Below, piece by piece: positions 1-7,696 of a DNA stretch of 30,224 nucleotides. Each line of letters starts with the position of its first letter. Position 1 is the first letter of the stretch. The translations under genes and the position numbers were made by a program. Source of the DNA: a virus (lineage: Duplodnaviria; Caudoviricetes); the IMG/VR virus record IMGVR_UViG_3300031972_000039, positions 1-30,224 of that record. One strand, 5' to 3'. Below the pieces are notes generated by a model. That model did no database searches. It was not told where the DNA came from and saw only the letters and a program-made list of their open reading frames with translations.

Positions 1-81
1 TATGCAATAATGTCTATTTAATTTTGTCCACATATATGTAAAACTATTCTTTGTACACACTAATGTAAGAAAGGATAGTTT

Positions 82-243
82 ATGTGGACAAGATTATTAG
101 ATATGCTCAAGAGAGTAAACAACAAGATAGTAGAACACCAACAGCGAAGAGTAGCTCACTGGCAGTTGACAAGCATGACCGACAATCAGCTAAGAGATAT
201 AGGAATAAGCCGTGGCGACATCATCAAAAAAGTCAACCGTTAA
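82..243 (+). CDS. DUF1127 (YjiS-like) small protein, 53 aa; not in the ORF track
   Basis: Hand translation MWTRLLDMLKRVNNKIVEHQQRRVAHWQLTSMTDNQLRDIGISRGDIIKKVNR*. Contains the DUF1127 signature LxxMxDxQLRDIGISRxDI. AAGGA RBS at 71-75. Confidence 0.88.
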   Translation: MWTRLLDMLKRVNNKIVEHQQRRVAHWQLTSMTDNQLRDIGISRGDIIKKVNR

Positions 244-397
244 TAAGGCAGGTAACTATACTAAGCCTAGTATGCGTAAGCGTTTGTTTTCTTCCATTAA
301 ATCTAGCAGCAAAGGTGGAAAGCCTGGACAGTGGAGCGCGAGGAAAGCACAGATGCTTGCAAAACAATACAAAGCAAAAGGTGGAGGATACAAATGA
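212..397 (+). CDS. Small basic protein resembling the N-terminal half of DUF5872
   Basis: Motif YTKPxMRKRLFxxIKxxSKGGKPGQWSARKAQMLAKQYKAKGGGY. GTG start overlaps the DUF1127 gene, so the start is uncertain. Confidence 0.8.
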   Translation: MATSSKKSTVNKAGNYTKPSMRKRLFSSIKSSSKGGKPGQWSARKAQMLAKQYKAKGGGYK

Positions 398-489
398 GAA
401 GATACTTTAGGAGGTTATTTAGAGCTATACTTAACTGGAAGTGTCTATGTAACGGAAAGTGTGGATGTGACTGCGGAATGAAAGCGTGA
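394..489 (+). CDS. 31-aa Arg/Cys-rich microprotein; not in the ORF track
   Basis: MRRYFRRLFRAILNWKCLCNGKCGCDCGMKA*. GGAGG at 383-387, ATGA overlap with the upstream stop, and the stop lies 1 nt before the next ATG, so it fills the gap exactly. Confidence 0.7.
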   Translation: MRRYFRRLFRAILNWKCLCNGKCGCDCGMKA

Positions 490-490
490 T

Positions 491-739
491 ATGGCACTTA
501 AAAAGTCTCAAAAAAGTTTAAAGTCATGGACAAAACAAAAGTGGCGAACTAAAAGTGGGAAGCCTAGTGCTAAAACTGGTGAGCGTTATTTACCTAGTGC
601 GGCTATTAAGTCTCTTAGCCCTGCTGAGTATGCCGCTACATCCAGAGCAAAACGAAAAGGCACTAAGGCAGGTAAGCAGCATGTGGCTCAACCTAAAAAA
701 ATTGCAAAGAAAACCAGAGCCTACAGGAAAGTAAAATGA
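491..739 (+). CDS. Small basic protein resembling the C-terminal half of DUF5872
   Basis: Motif SQKSLKSWTKQKWRTKSGK...ERYLPxxAIKSLSxAEYAATxRAKRKGTKAGKQHVAQP; very Lys/Arg-rich. Confidence 0.8.
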   Translation: MALKKSQKSLKSWTKQKWRTKSGKPSAKTGERYLPSAAIKSLSPAEYAATSRAKRKGTKAGKQHVAQPKKIAKKTRAYRKVK

Positions 740-1116
740 CACGAACTTTAAATGAGAAACAAACTAAGTTCCTAGAAGTTCTATTTGAAGAAGCAGGTGG
801 GGATGCTGTTACAGCTAAGAAGTTAGCAGGTTACAGTAACAACACTCCCACTACATCTATAGTGGAAGGTTTAAAGGATGAGATATTTGACGCTACTAAA
901 ACGTACATGTCAAGGATTGGACCCAAAGCTGCAGTCGCTTATGGTAGGGCTTTGGACGATCCTACCCAGCTAGGAATAAAAGAAACACTAATGGCTGCAG
1001 GTCAGATACTTGATCGTGCAGGTGTCGTAAAAACAGAGAAAGTATCAGTTGAGTCCACAGGAGGTTTGTTTATCTTACCACCTAAAGAGGATACCAATGC
1101 AGAATCTGACGAGTGA
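736..1116 (+). CDS. terS: Terminase small subunit
   Basis: N-terminal LNEKQTKFL...AVTAKKLAGYS HTH pattern typical of TerS; located upstream of TerL; ATGA overlap. Confidence 0.72.
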   Translation: MTRTLNEKQTKFLEVLFEEAGGDAVTAKKLAGYSNNTPTTSIVEGLKDEIFDATKTYMSRIGPKAAVAYGRALDDPTQLGIKETLMAAGQILDRAGVVKTEKVSVESTGGLFILPPKEDTNAESDE

Positions 1117-1519
1117 AAGACCTCTACAATATGAATACTGGACACTGCCTAAAGTACCGTTTAAGGTAAAGCTGTGGCAGAGGATTCCAAAAGTAAGTAA
1201 GAATATTCCTTTCGGATATGAGGTAGACCCAGAGGATGAGGATTGGTTAAACCCTATCCCAGAACAGTTAGAACTACTAGAGCTTGCAAAGAAACACGTA
1301 AAGCAATATAGTTTGAGACAGGTAGCTGCGTGGCTAACTACACAGTCAGGCAGAAGCATAACACACGATGGGTTAAAGAAAAGGTTAGATGTCGAAAGAA
1401 AGCGAAAGAGGATTACTGCGATTAAACGCCAGTATGCCAAGCGGCTCGAAAAAACGTTACGCCAAATCGAAATCCTCGAAAAAGAAAGACCTGGCTCCTA
1501 CACCTACGAAGAAGATTGA
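1097..1519 (+). CDS. DNA-binding protein resembling the recombinase (DNA-binding) domain of large serine recombinases, with no catalytic domain
   Basis: IPFGY...LNPIPEQLELL...YSLRQVAAWL...GLKKRL followed by a basic coiled coil. ATG 1097 with AGAGGA RBS is preferred over the 1049 start in the track. Confidence 0.65.
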   Translation: MQNLTSERPLQYEYWTLPKVPFKVKLWQRIPKVSKNIPFGYEVDPEDEDWLNPIPEQLELLELAKKHVKQYSLRQVAAWLTTQSGRSITHDGLKKRLDVERKRKRITAIKRQYAKRLEKTLRQIEILEKERPGSYTYEED

Positions 1520-2957
1520 GGCTGCACCAGCGCAAGCAAAGCCACCAGAGTTTGATGTTGAGTATGCACAGAGCGTTGTATTCCAACCAAACCCTGGTCC
1601 TCAGACACAATATCTAGCATCATCTGAGCGTGAGGTACTATATGGTGGGGCAGCTGGAGGTGGAAAGAGCTATGCGACACTAGCTGATCCGTTACGAAAC
1701 CTAAACAGTCCAGACTTTAGTGGACTACTTGTACGACACACAACAGAAGAACTTAGGGAACTTATACAGAAAAGCCAAGAGTTATACCCTAAAGCAATAC
1801 CTAACATAAAGTGGTCTGAGCGTAAGTCGCAGTGGACTACACCAAGAGGCGGCACACTTTGGATGTCGTACTTGGATAGAGATACAGACGTAATGCGCTA
1901 CCAAGGTCAGGCGTTTAATTACGTAGCATTTGACGAGTTAACACAGTGGAATAGTCCTTACTCGTGGAACTACATGAGATCCCGATTACGTAGTGCAAAC
2001 AAAGACTTAGGTCTGTATATGAGAGCAACTACAAACCCAGGCGGTCCAGGTCACTCTTGGGTTAAGAAGATGTTCATTGACCCAGCAAAGCCTAACACGC
2101 CATTCTGGGCAACGGACATAGAGACTAGTGAGGTTCTGAAGTTTCCACAAGGGCATAGCAAATCTGGTCAACCCCTATTCAAACGAAGGTTCATACCTGC
2201 TAGTCTCTTTGATAATCCTTATTTAGCTGAGAGTGGTGACTACGAAGCCATGCTTCTATCACTGCCAGAGCATCAAAGAAAGCAACTACTAGAAGGGAAC
2301 TGGGATGTAAACGAGGGAGCAGCATTTCCTGAGTTTAACAGAAAAATACACGTAGTAGAACCTTACGACATACCTAAGAACTGGGCAAGGTTCAGGGCAT
2401 GTGACTACGGCTACGGAAGTTACACAGGAGTTGTTTGGTTGGCAGTAAGTCCAAGCGAACAGCTAATAGTATACAGAGAGTTATACTGTTCAAGAGTTAC
2501 AGCAATAGATTTAGCGGATATGATATTAGATGCAGAACAAGATGACAATATCAGATACGGTGTGTTGGATAGCTCCCTGTGGCATAAACGTGGAGACACT
2601 GGCCCTTCTTTGGCTGAACAGATGAATCAGAAAGGCTTGCGTTGGAGGCCATCTGATAGATCAAAAGGTTCAAGGGTGGCAGGTAAAAACGAGCTTCACC
2701 ACCGTTTGCAAGTAGACGAGTTTACTGAGGAGCCAAGACTAGTGTTCTTCTCTACTTGCAACAATATGATAGCTCAACTACCTGGCATACCTCTAGACAA
2801 GAAGAACCCTGAAGACGTAGATACAAACGCAGAAGACCACTTGTATGACGCTCTTAGGTATGGTATAATGACAAGACCACGTAGTTCTTTATGGGATTAT
2901 AACCCCATGTCACACAGGACAGGCTTTCAAGCATCTGACCCAACATTCGGATATTAA
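1389..2957 (+). CDS. terL: Terminase large subunit
   Basis: Walker A YGGAAGGGKS, Walker B YVAFDE, coupling motif ATTNPGGPGH, nuclease motifs DYGY and EDHLYDALRY. Start uncertain (1389 or 1434). Confidence 0.97.
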   Translation: MSKESERGLLRLNASMPSGSKKRYAKSKSSKKKDLAPTPTKKIEAAPAQAKPPEFDVEYAQSVVFQPNPGPQTQYLASSEREVLYGGAAGGGKSYATLADPLRNLNSPDFSGLLVRHTTEELRELIQKSQELYPKAIPNIKWSERKSQWTTPRGGTLWMSYLDRDTDVMRYQGQAFNYVAFDELTQWNSPYSWNYMRSRLRSANKDLGLYMRATTNPGGPGHSWVKKMFIDPAKPNTPFWATDIETSEVLKFPQGHSKSGQPLFKRRFIPASLFDNPYLAESGDYEAMLLSLPEHQRKQLLEGNWDVNEGAAFPEFNRKIHVVEPYDIPKNWARFRACDYGYGSYTGVVWLAVSPSEQLIVYRELYCSRVTAIDLADMILDAEQDDNIRYGVLDSSLWHKRGDTGPSLAEQMNQKGLRWRPSDRSKGSRVAGKNELHHRLQVDEFTEEPRLVFFSTCNNMIAQLPGIPLDKKNPEDVDTNAEDHLYDALRYGIMTRPRSSLWDYNPMSHRTGFQASDPTFGY

Positions 2958-2962
2958 ATAAT

Positions 2963-5098
2963 ATGGCTACAGAAAACGAACAAGGTGAACTATTTGAGAC
3001 AGACGAAGTATCTGTCATCCAAGAAACAGACGATCTAGATGCACAAGGTGTTGTCGCTTTCGTTACCTCTAAGTTTAGCAGAGCAGAAGACGCTAGGTTT
3101 GCAGATGAGAATAGGTGGCTACGTGCCTATAGAAACTATCGTGGTTTGTACAATACAGACGTACAGTTTACTGAAACTGAAAAGTCTCGTGTATTTATTA
3201 AGGTTACTAAAACTAAAACACTAGCTGCCTACGGTCAGATTGTAGATGTTTTATTTGGTAGCTCTCGTTTCCCCCTTACAGTCAATCCTACAACACTACC
3301 AGAAGGTGTAGCTGAGTCTATGCACATCAGCATTAACCCTCAGACTGAACAAGCACAAGATCAGTTAGAGGATGCCTTTGGTAAAAAACCCCCAGTTACA
3401 TTACTGTTTGATCCTGACGAAAAACTAAAACCTGGCGAAACTATGTATGATCGTATGAAGCGCATGGGTCCAATAGAGGACACACTAGAGTATGCTTCAG
3501 ATAAGATAATAGAGGGTCCAGGCACAACACAAGACACAGTTACTTTCCATCCTGCTATGATTGCAGCTAAGAAGATGGAAAAGAAAATACATGATCAGTT
3601 AGAAGAAAGTGGCGCTAATAAACAACTGCGCCACACTTCGTTTGAGATGGCGTTGTTTGGCACAGGGATTATGAAAGGTCCGTTTGCTATAGACAAAGAG
3701 TATTCTAACTGGAATGAAGACGGTGAGTATGACCCAACAATAAAGACTGTACCATCTACAAGTCACGTATCTATTTGGAACTTCTATCCTGATCCAGATG
3801 CGTACAACATGGATGAAGCAGAGTATGTAGTAGAGCGACATCGTATGACACGCTCACAAATGCGTGGCTTAAAGTCTAGACCTTTCTTCAGAGAAGAATC
3901 TATTAACGAAGCAATAGACTTAGGCGAGTCCTACGAAAAGAAATACTGGGAACAAGACATGGAGGACGATGCACAGTATAGCAACGCTCCATACAGATAT
4001 GAAGTCCTAGAGTTTTGGGGCTATGTAGACACATCTATACTAGAAGATCACGGTGTTGTAATACCAAAAGATTTAAAAGACTCAGAGCAGTTAAGTGTAA
4101 ACGCTTGGGTGTGTAACGGCAAAGTATTACGTTTAGTTCTTAACCCATTTAAGCCAGCACGTATACCTTACTACGCTGTACCGTATGAGCTAAACCCATA
4201 CTCATTCTTTGGTGTAGGTATTGCAGAAAACATGGACGATACGCAAACTTTGATGAATGGTTTCATGCGTATGGCTATTGACAATGCTGCACTATCTGGT
4301 AATCTTATAATTGAAGTAGATGAAACTAACTTAGTTCCAGGTCAAGACCTGAGTGTGTATCCTGGCAAAGTGTTCCGTAGACAGGGCGGTGCTCCTGGTC
4401 AAGGTATCTTTGGCACTAAGTTTCCAAACGTTGCTGCAGAAAACATGCAGCTATTTGATAAGGCAAGGGTATTAGCAGATGAATCAACTGGCTTTCCATC
4501 TTTCGCTCATGGTCAAACAGGCATACAGGGTGTGGGCCGTACTGCTAGTGGTATTTCCATGCTTATGTCTGCTGCCAACGGTAGTATACGGAATGTAGTT
4601 AAGAACGTAGATGACTATCTTATTGCACCTATGGGCAAAGCATTCTTTGCATTTAACATGCAGTTTGACTACGATGAAGGTATCAAAGGTGATCTAGAAG
4701 TAAAGGCACAAGGTACAGAAAGTCTAATGGCTAACGAGGTACGCTCTCAGCGCCTCATGCAGTTCTTAGGTGTAGCTTCTAATCCTATGCTACAGCCGTT
4801 TGTAAAGTCAGATTACATCATTCGTGAGATAGCTAAGAGCATGGACTTAGATCCTGATAAAGTAACTAACTCACTTGGTGACGCAGCTATACAAGCTGAG
4901 ATACTCAAGAAGTTTGCTGCACCACCAGAACCACCTGAAGGGATAGCTCCACTTGAAACACCTGAACAAGAAGGGCAGCAACCTGCTCCAACACCACCAG
5001 CAGGTACAGGAGTACAAGATACTACAGGTGCAGGTGGAGGAACCATAGGCACAGGTACAGTTCCAACGCCAGGTGAGCAAGGGTTCACAGGTACATGA
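2963..5098 (+). CDS. Portal protein
   Basis: 711 aa directly after TerL; motifs LFGTGIMKG, WNFYPDP, YEVLEFWG, FFGVGIAE, RTASGISML; Pro/Gly/Thr-rich tail. Confidence 0.92.
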   Translation: MATENEQGELFETDEVSVIQETDDLDAQGVVAFVTSKFSRAEDARFADENRWLRAYRNYRGLYNTDVQFTETEKSRVFIKVTKTKTLAAYGQIVDVLFGSSRFPLTVNPTTLPEGVAESMHISINPQTEQAQDQLEDAFGKKPPVTLLFDPDEKLKPGETMYDRMKRMGPIEDTLEYASDKIIEGPGTTQDTVTFHPAMIAAKKMEKKIHDQLEESGANKQLRHTSFEMALFGTGIMKGPFAIDKEYSNWNEDGEYDPTIKTVPSTSHVSIWNFYPDPDAYNMDEAEYVVERHRMTRSQMRGLKSRPFFREESINEAIDLGESYEKKYWEQDMEDDAQYSNAPYRYEVLEFWGYVDTSILEDHGVVIPKDLKDSEQLSVNAWVCNGKVLRLVLNPFKPARIPYYAVPYELNPYSFFGVGIAENMDDTQTLMNGFMRMAIDNAALSGNLIIEVDETNLVPGQDLSVYPGKVFRRQGGAPGQGIFGTKFPNVAAENMQLFDKARVLADESTGFPSFAHGQTGIQGVGRTASGISMLMSAANGSIRNVVKNVDDYLIAPMGKAFFAFNMQFDYDEGIKGDLEVKAQGTESLMANEVRSQRLMQFLGVASNPMLQPFVKSDYIIREIAKSMDLDPDKVTNSLGDAAIQAEILKKFAAPPEPPEGIAPLETPEQEGQQPAPTPPAGTGVQDTTGAGGGTIGTGTVPTPGEQGFTGT

Positions 5099-5289
5099 TA
5101 GTAAAAAAGCTAGTAAACGACAAGCCTCTATGGGATGGGTTTGTTGATGTACTTAATGAAAAGATAGAGGTAGCACAGCGTAAACTAGAACAGGAGACAT
5201 CTATAGAAGGTGTGTATCGTGCTCAAGGTGAGATAGCTGCTCTAAGAAGATTGACATTTTTAAGGGATGAAATAAATGGCAGAGACTGA
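5095..5289 (+). CDS. Small hypothetical protein following the portal
   Basis: ATGA overlap with the portal stop; helical protein with a YRAQGEIxALRRL motif, a type often found after podovirus portals. Confidence 0.8.
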   Translation: MIVKKLVNDKPLWDGFVDVLNEKIEVAQRKLEQETSIEGVYRAQGEIAALRRLTFLRDEINGRD

Positions 5290-6502
5290 CGCACCAATGT
5301 TTCAATCTACACGTTCTATGAAACGTGAGATGGATGAGATACTCAGTGAGAAACAAGACCCTGTAAGTGGTAACATAGCACCTGTTGGAGCCACACCAGA
5401 AGAAGTCAGAGATGATATACCTATCATGGCAAGCCCTAACGAGTTTATGATAGATGCTGCTACTAGACGTTATTACGGCACAGCGTTCTTTGAAGGTTTA
5501 CAAGATGCAGCTAAACAAGGTTTTGAACGTATCAAAAAAGGTGAAGAGTCTTTCTTTAGAGATGACGAGCTAGAAGTAGAAGAGGCTGCAGAGAAAGTTA
5601 CATCAGGTGAATCGCCACAACAAATGCAAGAGGGTGGCGAAATACAAAAGCTATCAAATGGTGGTGAAGTAGATGAAGTGCCAGGATCAGGCACAAAAAT
5701 ACCTCCTCCTATGGGTGGTGGCTACGGTGGCTACGGTGGAGCAAAAAGATTTGTAGGTTATGAGTATAAGACTTACGTACATCCTACAAAACCAGAACTA
5801 CAAATAGTATTTTTTAATGGTAGACCACTTAGCCCTATACCTGAAGGTTACGTTCTAAAAGGTCAAGAAGTAGTAGAGGCAATAGAACAAGTAACACCGT
5901 CTGATAATGATAGTGATCCACCTGAACCACCTAAGACATGGGCTAATACTCCAATTGAAGAATGGGAAAAAGAGGGGCGTGGAACTAAACTTTGGCAAGA
6001 TTATGCTAATAGAAAAGGCGTAGGAGTAAATGCAATAGATAAATTTTTTGCTGGGGCTGCTGCAGTTGCTATAACTGGGCCTGGCGTACTATATTCTGGA
6101 CCTACTTTAATTAATAAGATGGAATCTGAGGCTGCTAAAAAAGCACAGTCAATACTTAAAGCAGCACAAGGTAAACTTAAAGATACTAGCTTGTCTGCTG
6201 AAGAAAGAGATATATATCAAAAAGCTTTAGATAAAGCAAAAGCAGAAATAGATTATTTTAAAAACAAAAAACCGTTTAGCATTCAAAACTTTTTTGGTAT
6301 AGGAAAGGAAAAAGAAGAAACTATAATAAAACCGCAAGTAATCACAGTACCAGATGACGGTTCTGCTCCTGCAGGTACTGATCCAGGTTTTGTTAACGAG
6401 GAAGGGCAGATAATTAAACCCCCCGAAAAACCACCTACACCACCTGACTTTGTAGATAAGTATGCAGCAGATGACGATGACCCTTTTGAAGAAATATCTT
6501 AA
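5276..6502 (+). CDS. Putative internal virion protein
   Basis: DDIPIMASPNEFMIDAATRRYYG motif, repeated xxGGE motifs, low-complexity Pro-rich C-terminal half; lies between portal and scaffold. Confidence 0.7.
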   Translation: MAETDAPMFQSTRSMKREMDEILSEKQDPVSGNIAPVGATPEEVRDDIPIMASPNEFMIDAATRRYYGTAFFEGLQDAAKQGFERIKKGEESFFRDDELEVEEAAEKVTSGESPQQMQEGGEIQKLSNGGEVDEVPGSGTKIPPPMGGGYGGYGGAKRFVGYEYKTYVHPTKPELQIVFFNGRPLSPIPEGYVLKGQEVVEAIEQVTPSDNDSDPPEPPKTWANTPIEEWEKEGRGTKLWQDYANRKGVGVNAIDKFFAGAAAVAITGPGVLYSGPTLINKMESEAAKKAQSILKAAQGKLKDTSLSAEERDIYQKALDKAKAEIDYFKNKKPFSIQNFFGIGKEKEETIIKPQVITVPDDGSAPAGTDPGFVNEEGQIIKPPEKPPTPPDFVDKYAADDDDPFEEIS

Positions 6503-6521
6503 TAAATCCATATAACAATAA

Positions 6522-6545
6522 GGCTACCCAGCTACGGCTGGCCCC
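6522..6545 (+). promoter_or_regulatory. Hairpin with C(UACG)G tetraloop and CUAC/CC internal loop, immediately 5' of the scaffold RBS
   Basis: GG-CTAC-CCAGC-TACG-GCTGG-CC-CC, followed by AAGGAG at 6551-6556 and ATG at 6564. Confidence 0.7.
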
Positions 6546-6563
6546 AACATAAGGAGAAACTAA

Positions 6564-7445
6564 ATGCCAGAACTAACAGAAGTGGAAACACCAAAGAATG
6601 CAGGATTTGTACAAAACAAGTCAACCCTCACAGCTAATAGAAAACGAATAGAGCAGGATGAGGCAGAACTTAAAGCCCTCATGGAGGGAAGAACAGAAAG
6701 TCCTACCGAAGAAGAAAGTACCGAAAAGAAAGAGGCCGATACAGAAGCTAAAGAAGAAACGCTATCTGCTGAAGAAAGAACGTATAAGAAACGGTACAGC
6801 GATTTACGCAAGCACTTAAACAAACAGTCTGAAGAAATAAAAGAACTAAAAGCTCAGATGGAAAATGCTGCTAAAGGCGATATACGTCCACCTAAATCAG
6901 ATGAAGAGATAGATGCGTGGGCTAAAAAGTATCCAGAGATAGCAAGCATTGTAGAAACAAAAGCTGCTAAGATAGCTGAAGAAAAGTTTGCAAAGGCAGA
7001 CAAGAGGCTGCAAGAGATAGATCAACTTAATGCAGAAACCCAACGCACTAAATCAGAAAATGCTATAAGAAAAATACACCCTGACTTTGATGAGTTACGT
7101 GAAAGCGATGACTTTCATAACTGGGCAGGGGAGCAACCCAAGTGGGTACAAGACGCTCTGTACGAAAATCAAGACGATCCAAGATCAGTTGTACGTGTTA
7201 TTGACCTGTTTAAGGTTGACAACGGCATGGACATCAAGTCTAAAAAAAGAACAACTAAAGAAGCAGCATCACAAGTCAAGACAAAAAGAACAACTAAGAT
7301 TGACGGTGAAGGTGTATCAGGACAGATTCTAGAGTCACAAGTACAGAAAATGTCTGCTAAAGAATACGAAGCAAGGTCAGACGATATCATGGAAGCTATA
7401 CGATCAGGTAAGTTTGTATATGATATTTCTGGTGGTGCACGATAA
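6564..7445 (+). CDS. Capsid scaffolding protein
   Basis: Acidic, highly charged coiled-coil protein (YKKRYSDLRKH, HPDFDEL, MSAKEYE...I..AIRSGK) directly upstream of the capsid gene; strong RBS. Confidence 0.85.
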   Translation: MPELTEVETPKNAGFVQNKSTLTANRKRIEQDEAELKALMEGRTESPTEEESTEKKEADTEAKEETLSAEERTYKKRYSDLRKHLNKQSEEIKELKAQMENAAKGDIRPPKSDEEIDAWAKKYPEIASIVETKAAKIAEEKFAKADKRLQEIDQLNAETQRTKSENAIRKIHPDFDELRESDDFHNWAGEQPKWVQDALYENQDDPRSVVRVIDLFKVDNGMDIKSKKRTTKEAASQVKTKRTTKIDGEGVSGQILESQVQKMSAKEYEARSDDIMEAIRSGKFVYDISGGAR

Positions 7446-7452
7446 AAAACTA

Positions 7453-7480
7453 TTGACATAGTAGATTAAGTATATATAAC
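7453..7480 (+). promoter_or_regulatory. Sigma70-type promoter for the capsid operon
   Basis: Perfect TTGACA at 7453-7458, 16-nt spacer, TATAAC at 7475-7480, with an A-tract just upstream. Confidence 0.7.
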
Positions 7481-7490
7481 TATGTTTATG

Positions 7491-7665
7491 AAGTAAAAGC
7501 ATAAAGCCCTATTATTAGCTACCTTTGTGCTTTTCTTAACTAAGCCCAACTACTAAGTAAGACCTACCTAGTTAAGTATAGGCCCGATGCTGTACACAAA
7601 GGCCAAAGTGTATGGTACTCGCACCCTAGAACTACTAGCCTCTTTCAAAGTGTTAGCTTACTAAC
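7491..7665 (+). ncRNA. Structured 5' leader RNA of the major capsid gene (putative cis-regulatory element)
   Basis: Hand folding gives hairpin 7491-7537 and a long stem 7559-7644 (extendable to 7541-7660), with three C(U)AC/CC internal loops, an AGUA/GAA loop and several G-U pairs. Confidence 0.72.
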
Positions 7666-7696
7666 TTAAGCCAAACATCTAATGGAGGATTTTATC

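Noticed and set aside
1-60. Possible promoter or LysR-type site upstream of the DUF1127 gene
   Set aside because: AT-rich with only weak matches and poor spacing, and truncated by the window edge.
84-410. 108-aa + strand ORF in the track
   Set aside because: It overlaps two better-supported genes in other frames (DUF1127 at 82-243 and the basic protein at 212-397) and has no recognisable motif.
1097-1519. Integrase or mobile element
   Set aside because: No catalytic serine or tyrosine recombinase domain, att sites or terminal repeats were seen.
5018-5032. GATACTACAGGTGCA in the portal tail matching the VNTR unit at 14 of 15 nt
   Set aside because: A single copy explained by similar Thr/Gly codons in a low-complexity tail.
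7245-7297. AAAAGAACAACTAA direct repeat in the scaffold gene
   Set aside because: A short coding duplication (KRTTK twice) with no evidence of an independent function.
7682-7696. Upstream ATG for the major capsid protein
   Set aside because: The GGAGG RBS lies downstream of this ATG and is correctly spaced for ATG 7697.
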